Assembly: GCF_000002075.1 (NCBI RefSeq)
Contig: NW_004797288.1
Span: 2,514,524 to 2,578,523 of the forward strand
Direction: 5' to 3'
Origin: Aplysia californica
Taxonomy: Eukaryota
DNA length: 64,000 nucleotides
The notes under the pieces were generated by a model. The model did not search any database and was not told the DNA's origin. It saw only the letters and a list, made by a program, of their open reading frames with translations. The position numbers were made by a program, and so were the translations under genes. Position 1 is the stretch's first letter. Each line of letters starts with the position of its first letter. Positions 25,701 to 40,900 of this stretch are shown piece by piece.

Positions 25701-26694
25701 AAATGTGATAAAATGATAGCTGTGGCACCTTTGCTTTTACTTTTAAACTTTCCTATGAAAACTGGAGGTGTGAACCTGAGTTAAGTCTAGATTTTTCTCT
25801 TCCTTTTAAGGGCATTAAAAGTAGGCTCTTATAATATTAGGAATGGTCACTCGTTCCACCTTCAATATAATCACTTCAAATGCATCAAGTACTGTAGGGT
25901 GCTCCGCTAATCCCAAATCATTTCTATTACTCAAAATTCTATACGGAGATTGAAAGCTCCACTGGTAGTTCCTATTTCTTTACTGTCCCATCATTATTTG
26001 TGTCAGTCTTGCTCCTTCTATGTATTAAATGATCATTGTTGTGTTTATCTGATGTATGAAATTTCTGTTTACTTAAACTAAAACAAACAACTACCAAAAA
26101 ATTGACGAAGGAAATTGTGGGGGGGGGGGGGGGGGGGTTGTTCCCTTCTTTGTTGAAGCCTCTAAATTTTTATTTGAAAGTAAAATCACTATAGCAAACA
26201 TTCCTCCCTGCAATCTGACCTTTACTTTACTGCTGCGGTAATGTATACAAAAAGATTATATTATTTGTACTACATGTGCTTATACATTACTTTTGCAGAA
26301 TATGCAATTGTCAAAGAACTCAGGAATCCAAGCATCTTGTGTGCCTTAAACCATAGGTTACTAGAAACATTTGTAAGGAATATTCTTTGACTTTGACAGT
26401 TTGGAAAGATATTATGAGAATTTTTTTCTCTATTTTAGCACAGATTGTATGTGAAAGTTAATGTAATAATGTATTTGATGTCAGTTATTTTGTACATTCA
26501 AATTATCCCTAACCTGCATGTACTCACACTCGTGCACACACACACAGACACACAGAAGCACACACACAGACTCACACAGACACACACTAAGACACATAGA
26601 CACACTCATACTACATTGCAAACACAGGCACACTCACACACACGCACACACACAAAAACATATATATGTAATATATATATAGGCCTATATATTA

Positions 26695-27567
26695 TACAGT
26701 CGAACCTGTGTGAAACGGCCACCCATTGTCGAGGAGAAAAGTGGCAGTATAACACAGGTGGCCGTCTTAGGCAGGACGGATCACAATGAAGAAAGCAAAC
26801 CATTCCCTTCCGAGGTCCGAACCGAAGCTGATCTAAAACTTTGGACTTGAGTAAGGCTAGTTCAAAAGGGTTTTTGTTTTCTTTTGAAAAACGGGAGTGG
26901 GTGATGTAAGAAGGTTTTTTGTTGTTGTTGTTTTGTTGTTTTGTCTTTCGGTAAGCTTTTTTTTGTTGCTGAATTTGTGCAAGGGTAAAATAAACGAAAT
27001 ATTATGTGAAAAAAAGACCGAGTCCCATGGTAAAACAAACACATGGGTCGCCACCACTCAGAAAACGAGTGACGCTTCTGTCGAAAGTGCACGTCAACGT
27101 CCATTGTTACTTTGTTACAGATTAGGTAAACAAAACGGTGACCAGTCACCTCACATACGATTTGTGCTTGAGTTGTGGGCGGAGCGTACAGGTTGTGACA
27201 GATCATAAGCTTCCTTCACCAGCAGTTGAAAATGTATTGTTACCCATTGGTTAACTTGGGTAAACATTCATTGGAGGGACTAACAATAACGACATGTGAA
27301 TGGATTATGACGGCCGGTCCCCAGTGTGTGAGGGGCGGATTCAAAATTCATGGCAAAGCATCGGGTGATGAGTGATCATGCCTGGCCATCTGAGGCAGGT
27401 AAATTTGACCGTAGGTTGATAAAATAAGGTGGCCGCGTTGGACAGGTGACCGTTTTACACAGTTAAATTATATACATTGTAGAAAAAACACAAGGGGGGA
27501 ATGGAAAGTGGCCATTTCTACAGATGGCCGTTTTATACAGGTAGCCGTCATGGCAAGTTCGACTGTA
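26695..27567. mobile_element. Non-autonomous Tc1/mariner (pogo/Tigger-like) element
   Basis: TA-CAGTCGAACCTG ... CAAGTTCGACTG-TA TIRs, internal ggtggccgt subrepeats; homologous to 63204-63954. Confidence 0.85.
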
Positions 27568-28983
27568 TATATAAGAGCATTTTCTATTCAGTTAAATCTT
27601 GAAAAGAGTCAGTGTGACCCAGATTTACTTATATTACGTTTTTCATTTTTAAAAACTTGACACACAATGTATTGTGCACTGACTTGTCGGAACTATCATC
27701 AGGTTTTTCCTTTTAATCACATAGAATGAGGGAACTGTTCCGGTTTTCACCTGTATTAATAGTCTTAATGATTGCTTGGGGTCTCCCCTGAAATTCACCA
27801 GAAAAGCAAAAAAATTGCGATGCAGATCTGTTTTTGCATTGCCATACACCCACACATGTACATCTAATCTAGATCTACTTGTTTTCACCTTTTTTCTATC
27901 TATGCATGAATTGGTTATCAAAGTCTGTGGACGTGGGTTCAAGATGTTTCAACTTTATGTAGAAATTGTTCGCTTGATAAAACTTCTACCACTGCCTTGG
28001 TGTGTTATGCACAATTGTTTATAAAACATATATTTTGATTCCTCAATGACTTGCCTCAGCTCTTGTGTAAACCCCTTCAAATGTTAAAAACCTTAAATTG
28101 AAGTATGCTTTTAGAACTAATCAGGGCTGTGTAGCCGTGTAGAAGATACATTTTGTGGTGTTGTAAGCACAGTAAACTAGATGGAAATCAGTCAAGTTTA
28201 ACATTCTGGCAAGTACAACAGAGCTTATTATTTCAAGGTAAACCATTTTTGTAAACTGCATCACTATATATGATATGCCTTTCTTGTATTAGTATAGATT
28301 CTAGTAGTGTACAATGTATTGTATGTCCCTACATTTGTCATGATATGATAATATAATAAACTAGCTGGGCCCACTTTCGATGAAAGGAATGATCGGTGCT
28401 TTAACATCAACTGAAGTCACTGGTACTGGAATGGAGCAATAAATGTTGAGAGAAAAGTGACACATGCCATGTGTTTCCAAGTTGCTAAATATATAATAGA
28501 TGTATAGATTGATTCTCTCTCTATTCCTTTTTGTGGTTGTACACTCCAGAATTTCAAAGGTGTGGAACAGTGCACATGGCTAGTAAACGGAAACCTCACT
28601 TGTTTACAATGCATCTTAGAAGACGGACTTTCCCAAGATTAGATCTAAACGAAACTAATGAAAAACTAAAATTAAACTGTAGTGACTTCAGGCTCCTCAA
28701 TGAAACTGTACACCCTTTAAATGATTCTGAACCATCATTAATTCTGTCACATTCGAAAGTCAAGTGGTTCGGAAGTTTTAGGCGGTGAAAATGACGAACT
28801 TTCACAAATATAATATGTATAGATTTAGCTAAGGTTGAAGAGTCAAGTGCCATAAAACTCTTTTTCTTGAACTAAAAAAAGATTGTTCACTTATCAAAGC
28901 CAAACATTCTGAATCCTGTAGCTCGAAAAAGAATTAATTTGCCCCCCCCCCCCCAATATTTTAGTGTAATTCTTTTTTCTCTT

Positions 28984-29258
28984 TCAAAAGTGCCTAAGCA
29001 TCATTTATGGGGGGAAAAAAAAAAGGATCTGAGTTGTGCTGCCATAGTTAGCTCTATACTGAAACAAACTTTTTTCTGCTATGAAAATAGTAGTAGTAGG
29101 CCTATGTATCTACCTTCACCTTCAAAAGTGCCTAAGCATCATTTACGGAAGAAAAAAAAAAAAGGATCTGAGTTGTGCTGCCATAGTTAGCTCTATACTG
29201 AAACAAACTTTTTTCTGCTATGAAAATAGTAGTAGTAAGCCTACGTATCTACCTTCAC
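28984..29258. repeat. Tandem duplication, ~137-bp unit x2
   Basis: tcaaaagtgcctaagcatcattta...tatctaccttcac occurs twice, nearly identical. Confidence 0.9.
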
Positions 29259-29888
29259 ATAACAACTGCAATACTCCCATCATTCAGTTTACCCCTACTC
29301 TATTTGAGTTTGAGTTCAGATGTTACCATTTTTTCACGACAGTAGACCGGTTTGTCTTCGACATTACATTTCTCTATTGTTGCAGTCCATAACTGGGGCA
29401 AGAGTCTGATCCCAAGATGGCTGGACAAGAGACTGTGTACCTTTACTGATAAAATAATTTATTATTGTTTCTTTCTTTGACTACTTTAAGCTGATTAACT
29501 CAAGGAACTCTCCATACTTTTTAGGTCATTTTATGGTTACATCTTTATTCCATGACATTTTCTAAACATGGTATATTTATTTGCACGTTAATGTCTTTTA
29601 TAGTTACTCTACTTGTTCACCTTTCGTTGTTCATGTCATGAGTTTTCCACTGAAAATTAAACTTATTGTAATCTATAAACAGATGTGTCCTGTATTTTCA
29701 GTCTGTTACATCATGTCTAATGTGTTTCTATAGAGTGAGGGGTGTTTGTAATATACATTTTACTTTTTGCAGTTGCTATATTTTACTTCGATGTTTTTTT
29801 CTTCCCCCTCAACACACGCAGTAAAGAGGTGGGATATTTCTGGATATTCAAGAATCATGAAAAAGCTAAAATAAAACACTGAATACTA

Positions 29889-30241
29889 ATATGTGATGCA
29901 GCGTGGTGAAATCAGGCGCTTGTCAAAACAATGAAAGTCAAGAAAGTAGCATTTTTCCGCAGGTTTGAGAATTTTTATAGAATTTTTTTTTTTTCAGTTT
30001 CCTAGGACTCTCAAACTAAGGAAATAAGTCAACTTTGATGGCCATTTTTAAAACTAATTTTACCTCTGAAAGTGGGCCACCCCCACCTCCTTCAATCGCC
30101 AATATCTTGACTTGTATTCAAGATAAATGGATATTATCTTCACCAAAAGCAAGGCAAACGGACAAGCTTTAAGATGATACCAATAACTTCATATGCCCCA
30201 AAATTGACAAGCGCCTGATTCCACCGCGTCGTGAAACATAT
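29889..30241. mobile_element. MITE copy (family of 39203), internally deleted
   Basis: TIRs atatgtgatgcagcgtggtgaaatcaggcgc / gcgcctgattccaccgcg. Confidence 0.8.
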
Positions 30242-31547
30242 GTTCCTAATATTTGACCTCTACATTCCATCTGTCCAGATGTTCGTCTTTCTAAAAAAAA
30301 CAACAACTCGGGAAGCTTTCTCTGGCCTAACAAAGATGGCTCTGCACTAAATTATGTAACACCAAATGAAGTGAAATCCTAGTTTAGTTCAAGTAAAAGT
30401 AAAAGAAAAACCATATTTGACACAGTAATGGTCATTCAGAGCTGGGAAGAGAGTAAAACTGATAGAAAAACTAGAGAGACTAAGAGTCTCCAACAATCCA
30501 CAGGAAATTTGATCAGTTATATTTGTATAGGCCTAATTTCTTTTTCGTCATGAAAAAAAAGATGGAAAAGTCGGAAAACTATTAGGCGACTTTCACTTTC
30601 CTGCAAGGAGATTAAAAGTTAGTTCTAAGCTCCTTGCTTTCCTGGTTAATTCTGTGGGTTTTTTCCTAAATTGACAGAGGCATAGTACAGTCTTTCTAAT
30701 CTGTCAAACGGTGAACTGAGGAAAGAAACGATGAGGCTTGGATGGATCACAACTTCCAATAACAAGGTCTGCTTCTCTTAATTAAATGAATCTGTACTAA
30801 AGTGCTATGAGAGGAACATTACCCGCTTGCTTGAGAAAAAAACAAGATCAAGCAATAGGAAAAGTTACATGTACATGGTTCCGTTCGTGTAAAAGGAACC
30901 ACATTGACACAACTGACAATAAATGGCTTCGAAAAGCAAGGCAGAACTAACAAAGGGAATTGTAGAATTCCAGGCCTGACCATGATTTTACAACACTTAA
31001 AATAACAGACAGCATTCATAAAGTGCAATTTCCCCCTTTATAAAAGCAACTCTATGTTCTTTACAGTCTATACATTACTCGAGCAGACCCGATAACATTC
31101 TGAAATGATTTCAGCTTTCCGGGAATCACCCCGTAGTGCAAGCTGCCATTTTATAGGCACTAAAACACAAACACACCCACAAGATCTTTCCCTAAATATG
31201 GCCAGGAAAACATCAGTACATATATAATGTAAATATATTTTCTTTTTCTTTATTCCCTCACTTGGTCCCTTTTGACAACCACAAGTTCTGATTTCTTGAA
31301 TCCTATAACATAGCTGATATTGCTTACAATACTGTTTTTTCTTTCAAGAACATAAGACCCTTTGCCTTTCAGGCAGGCATTTGCTTTGTCCAATCAAAGG
31401 CCTGTCAGTTCATAACTGTTAAAAAGAAAAAAAATGACTCCTCATCACCACGTTATTTTCTTGACAGTTCCCATGAACACTTCTGTGCCAAATAGGTCAA
31501 TAACAATACAAAAGTAAGAAAAACTCTCAAATATTGAAATAAATAGT

Positions 31548-31553
31548 TTTATT
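31548..31553 (-). terminator. Candidate distal poly(A) signal of Fads (AATAAA on - strand); proximal candidate at 35651-35660
   Basis: AATAAA followed by U/GU-rich sequence on the - strand; the A-rich skew of the + strand fades left of this point. Confidence 0.4.
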
Positions 31554-33087
31554 TGTCTAGAAAAGAAAGAAATTAGTGCAACAGAAAAGATGATGGCTCC
31601 ATGGCTAAACCCACAATACCCCAAAATCTTGAACTGATGGAAACTTGAAGAACTGGAATTCACACAAAAAGTGCAGATAAATTGAAACAAAGGTTCCAAA
31701 CACAGTGGAGGCAATTTGAGACAAGTTTTTTCACAAAGAAAACTAATTTTGCAAAAGTGGCTCGGAGGTAAAAGGTCAATAAGGAACACGTCTTTAGACA
31801 CAATTTTGGTATATAATGAGTTCTGCCATGTAGCCGTCCATAGATTCCCCACCCTGAAATACTACAGACATAATTCTTTGTCAGAGTTTGAATAGAAGCG
31901 ACCGTAGTATGTCTGAGCGGCAAACTGTTAACTTGACAAATATTGTCACATCATGCATTAGTGTACAGTCCAAAAACACTGTTGTTCACATTAACTGAGG
32001 GAGAAAATATCAGTTGGGGGTCCCACAGAAAAGCGATCACTGGAGCAACAACATAAGCCACAGGAACTTGAGGCAAACAGCAAAAACGCTTCACAGCAGG
32101 ACAGTATTTAGACACACGGTGTGTAGTACATCTCTGTACAGGCAAGCAGGACAGTTCACAACAATGTCATAGTACATTATGTCAGCTCAAGAAGTTCAAC
32201 AACAACAGTAACAACAACAAAGACAATAGCCAAAAAAAAAATATAAAAAAGACTGGACCCCATTGCTGTGAAAATCTTCCAGGCAGCACATCTTATCTTT
32301 ACAGAAAAGCTTTAAAAGAAAGCGGAAAGGAAATCAAACCTTTCCAAACTGATCTATTGCTCTGTGTCCTCTCCCCAATACTGAAAGGCAGACATTAAAT
32401 CTCTCACAAAGTCTTAAAGAAAACAATACATTGTCACAAAATAGTCCTATAAAAACATAGTTTTATAAATACCCTAAGAAAAGAATTATATAAATACAGG
32501 TTTTCCGAGAAGATAATTACAAAAAGTCCACTTCAAGTAACAAAAGTAGCAAGGAACAGATATATGAATCACAAGGCTGCTAACTAAAAGTATCTAAAGC
32601 AAATTATAATATGATGCAAAGATTCAAATCATACTGCCAAGATTTTTTTTATAACTGCAAAACAAAAGTGAAATAAGAAGGTAAATATATGCGTTTGCGA
32701 TGTGCTGCAGTATTTCCATTTGGTGTGTTGCTTGTCATTCAAGTATGTTTCTGTCTCCCTTGATATAAGCCAGGCAAATTCTTGTCAGAAGAACACAAGA
32801 TGCAACAAGTTATAAACAGCACATCCAAAACAAACACATGAAAATTTGACTGAACAAAATAAACCAGCAACATAGCTGAAAAAACATTCCTTTTCCGACA
32901 TGAATCTCAACACATTTAGCCCTGTATCTACAAAAGTTTTTGCTTTATTTGTTGAAGATTAATGCCCTTAAGTAGGAACAAAGCTATAAAAGATTTTTTT
33001 CAAAGGCAGGGGACTTGGTCCACCATCAGGACACCGGGTTGAGTAGAAAAAAATTTGGAGAACTTCAGCAGTTCAATCAAACCAACA

Positions 33088-33265
33088 AATAGTGGAGTCT
33101 ACTTTAACCAAAATTTACGGAACCGCCATATTTTCTTAAGTTTATTCGGGTTTTCGATTTAGAAAAATTGCTTGAATAGAAGAAGAGACAGATCAGGGAT
33201 TTTGTTTTCTTTCAGTTTTCCCACTTTCCGATGTAGCGGGTTCGGTTTAAGCAGACTCCCCTGTA
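33088..33265. mobile_element. Small MITE; second copy at 40450-40621
   Basis: agtggagtc.act.taa ... ttaagcagactcc.c.gt inverted termini in both copies. Confidence 0.7.
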
Positions 33266-36200
33266 GTTACATTTATATATCAGCACAAGGCAATCTGTTA
33301 GCTCACAGCCTCAAGATGTTCCAAGAACAGCAAGGACTGCCTTAGACTTGTAACCTTTTCTTTTAGACAGACCACTTGCAAACACAGATCAGTGGGTAGT
33401 TAGTTCAGAACCCACCACCAGTAGGGGTAGGTCTTACTTTTCTTTCCATCTCGGTTCTGTTGGTCTATTTTGCTTTTTCGCAAGTGGCAGTTAGTGTCTT
33501 CTCATTATTCAAACTGACCCAAACAAACAGAATGCTAATCAAAGCAAAGCCCAATTATAAACGTTTCACCGATATATATATTCAACCCTTTACAAAACCC
33601 AGGAGCCTCCTTCACTCTGAGGGAAGTGAGCACACAATGTAAAGGGCCATTTCAAAGGTAAAAAACATGGTCCCCAACACTTGAGCAGTGAAACTTTGTA
33701 TAGATGATCACTGCATGGTTAGCTTGATAGGGACTTTAAATGTTAATAACTAAAACAATTGTGCACTAGGCAGTCCCATGGGTTTAATTCACAAGGAATA
33801 AACCAGTACAACAATATTTTGTCTGGAAGGAAAATTAGGCACTGGTTATTATTTTGCCCACTACAATAAGATCCAAACCATTAGTCATTTCAAGAAAGGT
33901 CTTGTTGGAGAGACAAATACAATTTACCCTCTATGTGATTACTGATATGCTGCAATGGTCTTGCGATGATAATGGGCACAATGACAAATGACCTATGATT
34001 ACAGTAATATTGCAGCATGTTTTCTTCAATTAAACTGCAACAGTAAAATGTTTATACCTGTTGATTCTACTTGACATGTTATAGAGGCCATTCCTAATGT
34101 TCTTCTAACCCTTTCAACCCCAAACACAAAGATTGGGCAAATTTACTAAAGACAGTCTGAAAGACAACAAACAACAAATACATTGTACTGTGCTTTAAAA
34201 AGCAGACCAAAGTTGGCGGATTTCAGTCACAATTCATGTAGTTTATATTTAAAACACTCTCAACAGAGAAAAATGTCCCAGTTTGGAGATTTAACCAAGT
34301 CTCAAAGAGAATGTCCCAAAACTCTCTGAACAGAAAAGGGACCTCAGTTCATTGAGAAAAGTAAACACACAAACTGAGCACCATTTATTCAATCTATAGT
34401 CATTCTAATGTTCATAATGGGCATAGATCTAACACCCCCCCCCCCCCCCCCCCCCCCCATAAGAACCACTTTATTGATAACAAAAAAGGTGATTTTCGGC
34501 AAAATTCTGTCCCACCGTAGGACATCAGGCTGAGAGGAAATATTTTCCAGGGAGGTCAAAAGAACCAACAGACAAAAGCAGATACTCTTCCATTCTGTTT
34601 AAGTGTGTAAAATAAATAGTTTTCTGACCGGTCGACTGACGAGTAAATAAAGACAATGAACAATGGTGCTCCTTAAAAAAAACACTGGTTAAGTTTAGCA
34701 TGGTCACAGGAGATGGGGGGGGTTGGGAACTGTTTAAAAAATTCAGTGAGTAACCTTCCCCCAGACAAAACTGTAAAAACGATCAGAGGGAAGTCATATG
34801 TAGGGAGGACTACACATGTCCTCAACATAATATTGTAATTGGTAAATATATGACTACGGCAGAAAAAAATGGGTGTCAACAAGTAAGTAGGATAGGATTT
34901 ACACAACCCCACCTCCAAGCATACAAAGCGATGCGAATATAAGTAGACGCACTATAATGGCGATATTTAGACATTTAACATTTCTTATTTTGGAATTTCA
35001 CCTTGTTATTGTGCTTTTTCTTATAACACAACAGGACTTCTGATTTTGTGCCTTTGCTGGGAAATGCTCAAACGGACCATGATTTTGTGCTGTGGAATAT
35101 TTCAGTAGTCTTTTCTGCAGTATGGTCAGGGCTAGTTTCAAAGCAAAGCATCTGATCTAAAATGGAATGTATAGTTGAATTCTTCCTGCAAAACAACAAG
35201 ATGATTAAGACTGTCCGCAATGGATCCAGATATGCCAAGTCGGGCTCAGTGTCTCTTAATCACTTGGTAAAGTGCTTTTTTCCCCAACAAAAATGAATAA
35301 TGAATGCATAGGTTGGCAAATATGAAGACAGAGGACTGAGAGTTGTAATTTTAAGGAGTAGCCCAGAATGTAGCTCAAAGCACAAATATTCTCAGAGCCT
35401 ATCATGATCAAAACTGTTTTTTCTATTACTAGTCCATCTTTGAGCCCGAAGTTTGTACGGCAGTGACGAGTCAAGAAACTTGAATACACTATTTCTCCCT
35501 TCAACTCAGAGACTTTTTTAACATACCAGTACATAGATGGACAAGATGGGAGTAAAAAGCAAAACAAACCTCCCCTTCCCCTCTCCAATACACATAACCA
35601 TTTTCAGAGTCCACAGCACTGGAATAAGAGAAAAACATAACGAGTAACAGTTTATTTATTGGGAAAAAAGTATAGCGCTGGAAAACTAAAAGCCAGCTCC
35701 ATCTTCAAATTCACAGCAAAACTGTGTTCATTCTACAACCTCCAAGACAATATCAACGGCATCAAAAGTATTTGACAAACAATTTTATTTTCAAAGATGA
35801 ATAGTGCAGCTTTCTTAAAATGTCACGCAGTAACTCATACAAGAGTTATTCAATACCCCCCCAAAAAACAACTCAATATTTCAATATTCTATCACTTAAA
35901 AGTCTGAATGGGGTCAAAGGCGTTCTACTCTCAAATGGAGTTGAGATTGATTTTTCTGCCTCCTTAAAAGAGTAACAATTATCTTGGGTTTGTGTACGGA
36001 AGCAAATGAGAACAGCATGACCAAGTTTAACAGGGACTAACTGCACACAACAAAGAACAAAACACAGCAAATATCAAAGAAGAAATACCCAACGCCAATC
36101 CAATTTTAGTCAAATCAATTTTACAAAAGGGAAAAAACCAACAAGACAACAAGCAACAGTTTTCTTGGCAACAAGTAAGCAAAACTAAGATTCTGTGAAA

Positions 36201-37868
36201 ATCTGAAGGGTGTCAGCACAACCCTCTTGACCACACAAATATGAGGAGGGAAGGAAAACAATATTTACATCAACAATGATCAACAACTGGAACATGGGAA
36301 CAAAAGCACAATCCTAACAGGAGGACACGTCCTTGGGAGAAGATGTTTATTCGCACAAGTAAATAGAATACTGGCCCATTCCCATCACTGGGTCAGTTTA
36401 CCATTCTCAAGAAAGCATACTCAACACTTTATTTTAAAAAAACCAACATGACTACTCTTTTGCTCTGATGGTGTTGTACCCGCATGAATTGAAACAAGAA
36501 GCAGAGATCTTCAACTACACTCCAGAAAAAATGTAAATTCTTGTCAGATACACACCCAAAGACTGTGATTATTTTTAAAGGTGTTGATTCTGAGCAAGAT
36601 CATCAGGAATGCAAACGTACTTTACAATCAGGAAGGAGACCCACTGCCTAAAGTCTGTCCATCAGAAACAGAAGTCAGACCTCCTCCTCTTACCCTGTGA
36701 TTCTATTACTATTACTTTCCAGCGGCTGGTGAGAGAAAAACATCCACCACTCAGTATGTTCAAGAGTGACAAAAATTCTACAGAGCGCAAACAGAGTACT
36801 AGATCTACTAACGTCAACATCATTTTTGTACAAGAATATCAAAATTTAAAACTCTGGTGAAAACAGAGTACTCATTTTTCTTCCATTTGTAAATTTGTCT
36901 CCAAACAGAAGGCAAAAAACATAGATTTAGTGACAGCCTGGGCAACAAATGTTACAGGAGAGTAAAAAAACTTCTGTATTAATGCTGTTCACTTTTACAG
37001 CAACCCAAAAGTAATAAACTGAAAAGAAAAGCATTCATACTTTAGAAAACACCTGGCTTCAAATCACTCCAACAAACTTAAAGAGTCAACTAGAGATCAT
37101 TGAACTTCTACAATTTGAAATTTTTATTAACAATAACCAATATAAAACACACTTCACGTTTGAAAAGCACACAGAACTATCAACAATGACAAAATTTGAG
37201 ATATTTGGACAGTTTCTATTATCGACAAGATATCATAACATTACTCGAATTTTCCACTGCACCTGTAAAACCAAACGCATTTTCCTTTACAACACGATTT
37301 TTTGTTGTTGACAAGATATACTGAATCAGTTCTAAATATTCAACCACAGATTTCCTTTGTTGAGCTGACAACAGTTCAGTCAATAGTTCTGCTCGTGAGT
37401 ACAGCTGCAACATTCATTCTTTTTCAGAATGTTAGATGAAAAATATAATTTCTGGAACTGTTGACTCCACAGAACTAGCGTCCCCAAAGTAAGACATTGA
37501 CAAAGCGATCTTCAAGAGTCGGGGCTCTGAACCAAGAACAACTGGATGAAGTTGTCACAACTTGGCAAACAGTTGAGATGGATCAACTTCAGTACATGTG
37601 CCATTTTACTCATTTCAGCCAAACCTAGACGTATAAAAAAAACCTAAACATTTAAGCAAACGCATGTGCTATTACTAGCACCTGTCCCAAGAAAATTAGA
37701 TGGCACAGCACTAACACTAAACAACAAGTCATGGTCGGAGCTCAGCTTGTCATAATGAGCTAAGTACAATAAACCATTTGCAAATTTTAATTGATGGTCA
37801 GTTTAGAAAATATAAATTCGGTAAAAAAAAAAAAGCTACATGCTGGTCTGCAGTCTCCCGGTATGTAT

Positions 37869-37935
37869 TCAGGAGGAGGAGGCATGGAAGGCCTGGTAGG
37901 TGGAGTACCACAGCTCCCCAGAGTGCTTGAGAGAC
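37869..37935 (-). CDS. Fads: Fads last coding exon ([21 protein letters not shown])
   Basis: tggtccag|G, SLKxSGxLW family C-terminal motif, TGA at 37871-37869. Confidence 0.95.
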
Positions 37936-40900
37936 CTGGACCAAAGGGAAACGGCATCAGACACAGATCAGATCAATACGCAAAAACAAGTTTATGGCAG
38001 AGCTTGAGACACGTGATTGCTGTTGTCGATTCTTAATTGATCATGGGTGTGCACAAAAACAGGCCCATTTAATCCGAAGCAAGTCAGGAGAGTTGCAATT
38101 AACAAAAAGCAGAAGCTGTCGCAGACTTTCAATCATTATCCCCCTCCCCCCCTTCCACCACATTATCCCCCACGAACACCTACACACAAATACACACAAG
38201 AGAAAAGGGGGCAGTATAGAGGTAGGAACCTGACAGACATAAGAGTCATTGTTAACCCCACAGCAGAGCTTTTAATTATGACAAAATTTATTTTCCTTTT
38301 TTTAACATACTTAATTTTATTTAGCACAAATTATCTTCAAGTAAAATAACATAAAACACACAATAGTACAACCTCAGTTCCACATTCCCGAAAAATCTTT
38401 AATAGAACATAAAAACCAAAACCTGCAGGGAAGCCAACCCAGACGGAGGATGAGAGTCAACATTCCAAAGAGCACACAATCAGCCCAATGAAACCATCTA
38501 AAACTTCTCCAAATCAGGATTGACAAGCCTTAGGGCACCCTTAAATTAACACAGAAAGGACAACCTCAGTGCCACCTTTTCAACTGCTTGATCACAAGTT
38601 TTAAACTGTAAAATTGTGCAACATGTTTTTATCAGAACACCATTGAAAGCAAAGTCTACAACAAAGAAAGCGGCACTGTGCCAGATTCCCCGCGCACCCA
38701 CCTGACAATATCGGCAAAGGCTGTGCTCAGCGGCTTCACCACGTAGGAGACATTGTGTTTCTCACACAGAGACTTCACCAGAGGAGCAATCTTGTACAGG
38801 TTGTGTCGGGGCATGGTGGGGAACAGACTGTAGATGGCAAGAGCATGAACAAGGAGATTGATTATTACATCTTCATAAAAGTTTTTTTTTTTAAAGGGGG
38901 GAGGGATATCATTAAATAAGGAGGCTAATGCTATAGAACATACTGATTAAACAATACCCAATTTAAAGATTGAAATAATCAAATAAACTTTAATATAAAC
39001 AACTAAATTATAGCTCTAATTAGAGATAAGTCCTTGACTGGAATAGTCAAAATGTGTTCTCAGTCCCTCTTCATAAAATTATGGCAAACCATCTCATAGA
39101 AAACTCTAAAATTCACTGTTGAAGTGGGCCTAAACAGGTTCCAGGAAACTAATGTTCCTTTCTTAATACAATCAATATTCTTAACAAAACAAGCAGAGAC
39201 ATATATGTGAGGCAGCGTGGTTGAATCAGGCTCTCGTCAAAATAATCAAAGTGAAGAAACTTGTTTTTTTTCTGCAGGTTTTTGCATTTTTATCAAATTT
39301 TTGTTTTTTGGCTCTCCACCCATTAAAGAACTCATTTCTGCGTGGGTTTTTCTGAAAAACGTTGATTAAAGGCACAAAAAATGTAAATTTTCAGTTACCA
39401 CGGACTCTTAGCTAAGGAAATAACTAATCTTTGGCGGCCATTTTCTCACTAATTTTACCTCTGAAAACAGGTGACCCCCACCACATTCATTCGCCAATAT
39501 CTCGACTTGTATTCAAGATAAATGGATTTTTTTTCATCCAAGTAAAAATAAGTGAACAAGCTTGAAGATGATACCAATAACTCTACATGCCTCAAAATTG
39601 ACGAGAGCCTGATTCCACCACGCTGCCTCTCATATATATTCAAGAACAACAATGACTACAAAGGAACATTGCGGCGGAGTGAGGGAGTGTCCTATGAAAA
39701 CCAGGACACTCGGAAGCTTTCTCCCACAGGCACAGGAAGGGGTGAAACTCGCTAATAACTTCCCCAAAACAACTTATGTCCAGAAACAGATCTAGTGAGA
39801 AATATCTCAGCCCACTGACTTACAAAAAAAGGCAAGTTATCATCTAAAACACAATTACATTAATCAGATGACATCCTCTTCACAGACTTGGGCTGGAGAC
39901 CAATAACTTGAAACTGATTTATTGTAAGGTACACTAATCAGATGACATACTTTTTATATACATGAAAGCTCAGAGCAAAGAGATGCACATCGACACAATC
40001 ACTGAAAGCAGGCAAAGAAGACAGAAAAGGAGAGGTAACAAAACAAAGTCAGATCTACCTGTGACATCTTCCAATCGTCAAACTTTATAAATACGAGCAA
40101 AGGACTTCAAGAAAAAAAAAAGCCAACAAAACAAGAGGAGCATGTAGCCTGAGGTGACTCACTGATGCTCAATCTGGAAGTTGAGGTGGCCGGTGAACCA
40201 GTCGTTGAAGACGCTCTTGCTCACGTTGCAGGTGGCCTGCAGTTGCAGCTGGAGCCAGGGCAGGCCCTCGTCGTGGTTGATCTCCATGGGAATGTGGTTG
40301 GACTGGGCCACCCAGGTGAACCAATGGCTCTCCAGACATCTGTGTACACAAGGGGCAGGAAGGAAGAAACAGAGTGTTACACACACTGGGCAGGGAAGGT
40401 TTATCCGGCTCCTCTTTTTATTCTTTGATAAAACATATTTTTAATGATATAGAGTGGAGTCCACTTAAAACTGAAATCTGCGGGGCCACCAGACTTTCTT
40501 CGATTTAGCCAGGTTTTTGGTTTTGGTGAAAAAAAAGAAAGAAGAGAGTAAGTGAAATTTTATTTCGGTTAGCCGCTGTTTTAGACTTAACTGTGTTCAG
40601 TTTAAGCAGACTCCACAGTTATTCTTTACTTAAACAAATGTACAAAAAAGTTTTGAAAACGCTAAAACCAAAAAACATCTAACAGTCTGCCAACTCCAGC
40701 CCTATTGAGGTTGACTCCCAGTTTTAAAAAGTATATGAATATAGACAATGTCATTATAATATAACAGAAACACAAGGGGGGCAGTGGGAAGTGGTCATTC
40801 GCACAGTAATTGTCTTGGACAAGTGGTCACTACAACAGATTCGACTGGACTTTTTTCTATAGCTCTGCGGTCATTTTTAAGAGTACAGCACATGCAGTTT

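Noticed and set aside
31125-31135. SRE-like atcaccccgt
   Set aside because: Imperfect match and downstream of Fads; the Fads promoter is outside the window
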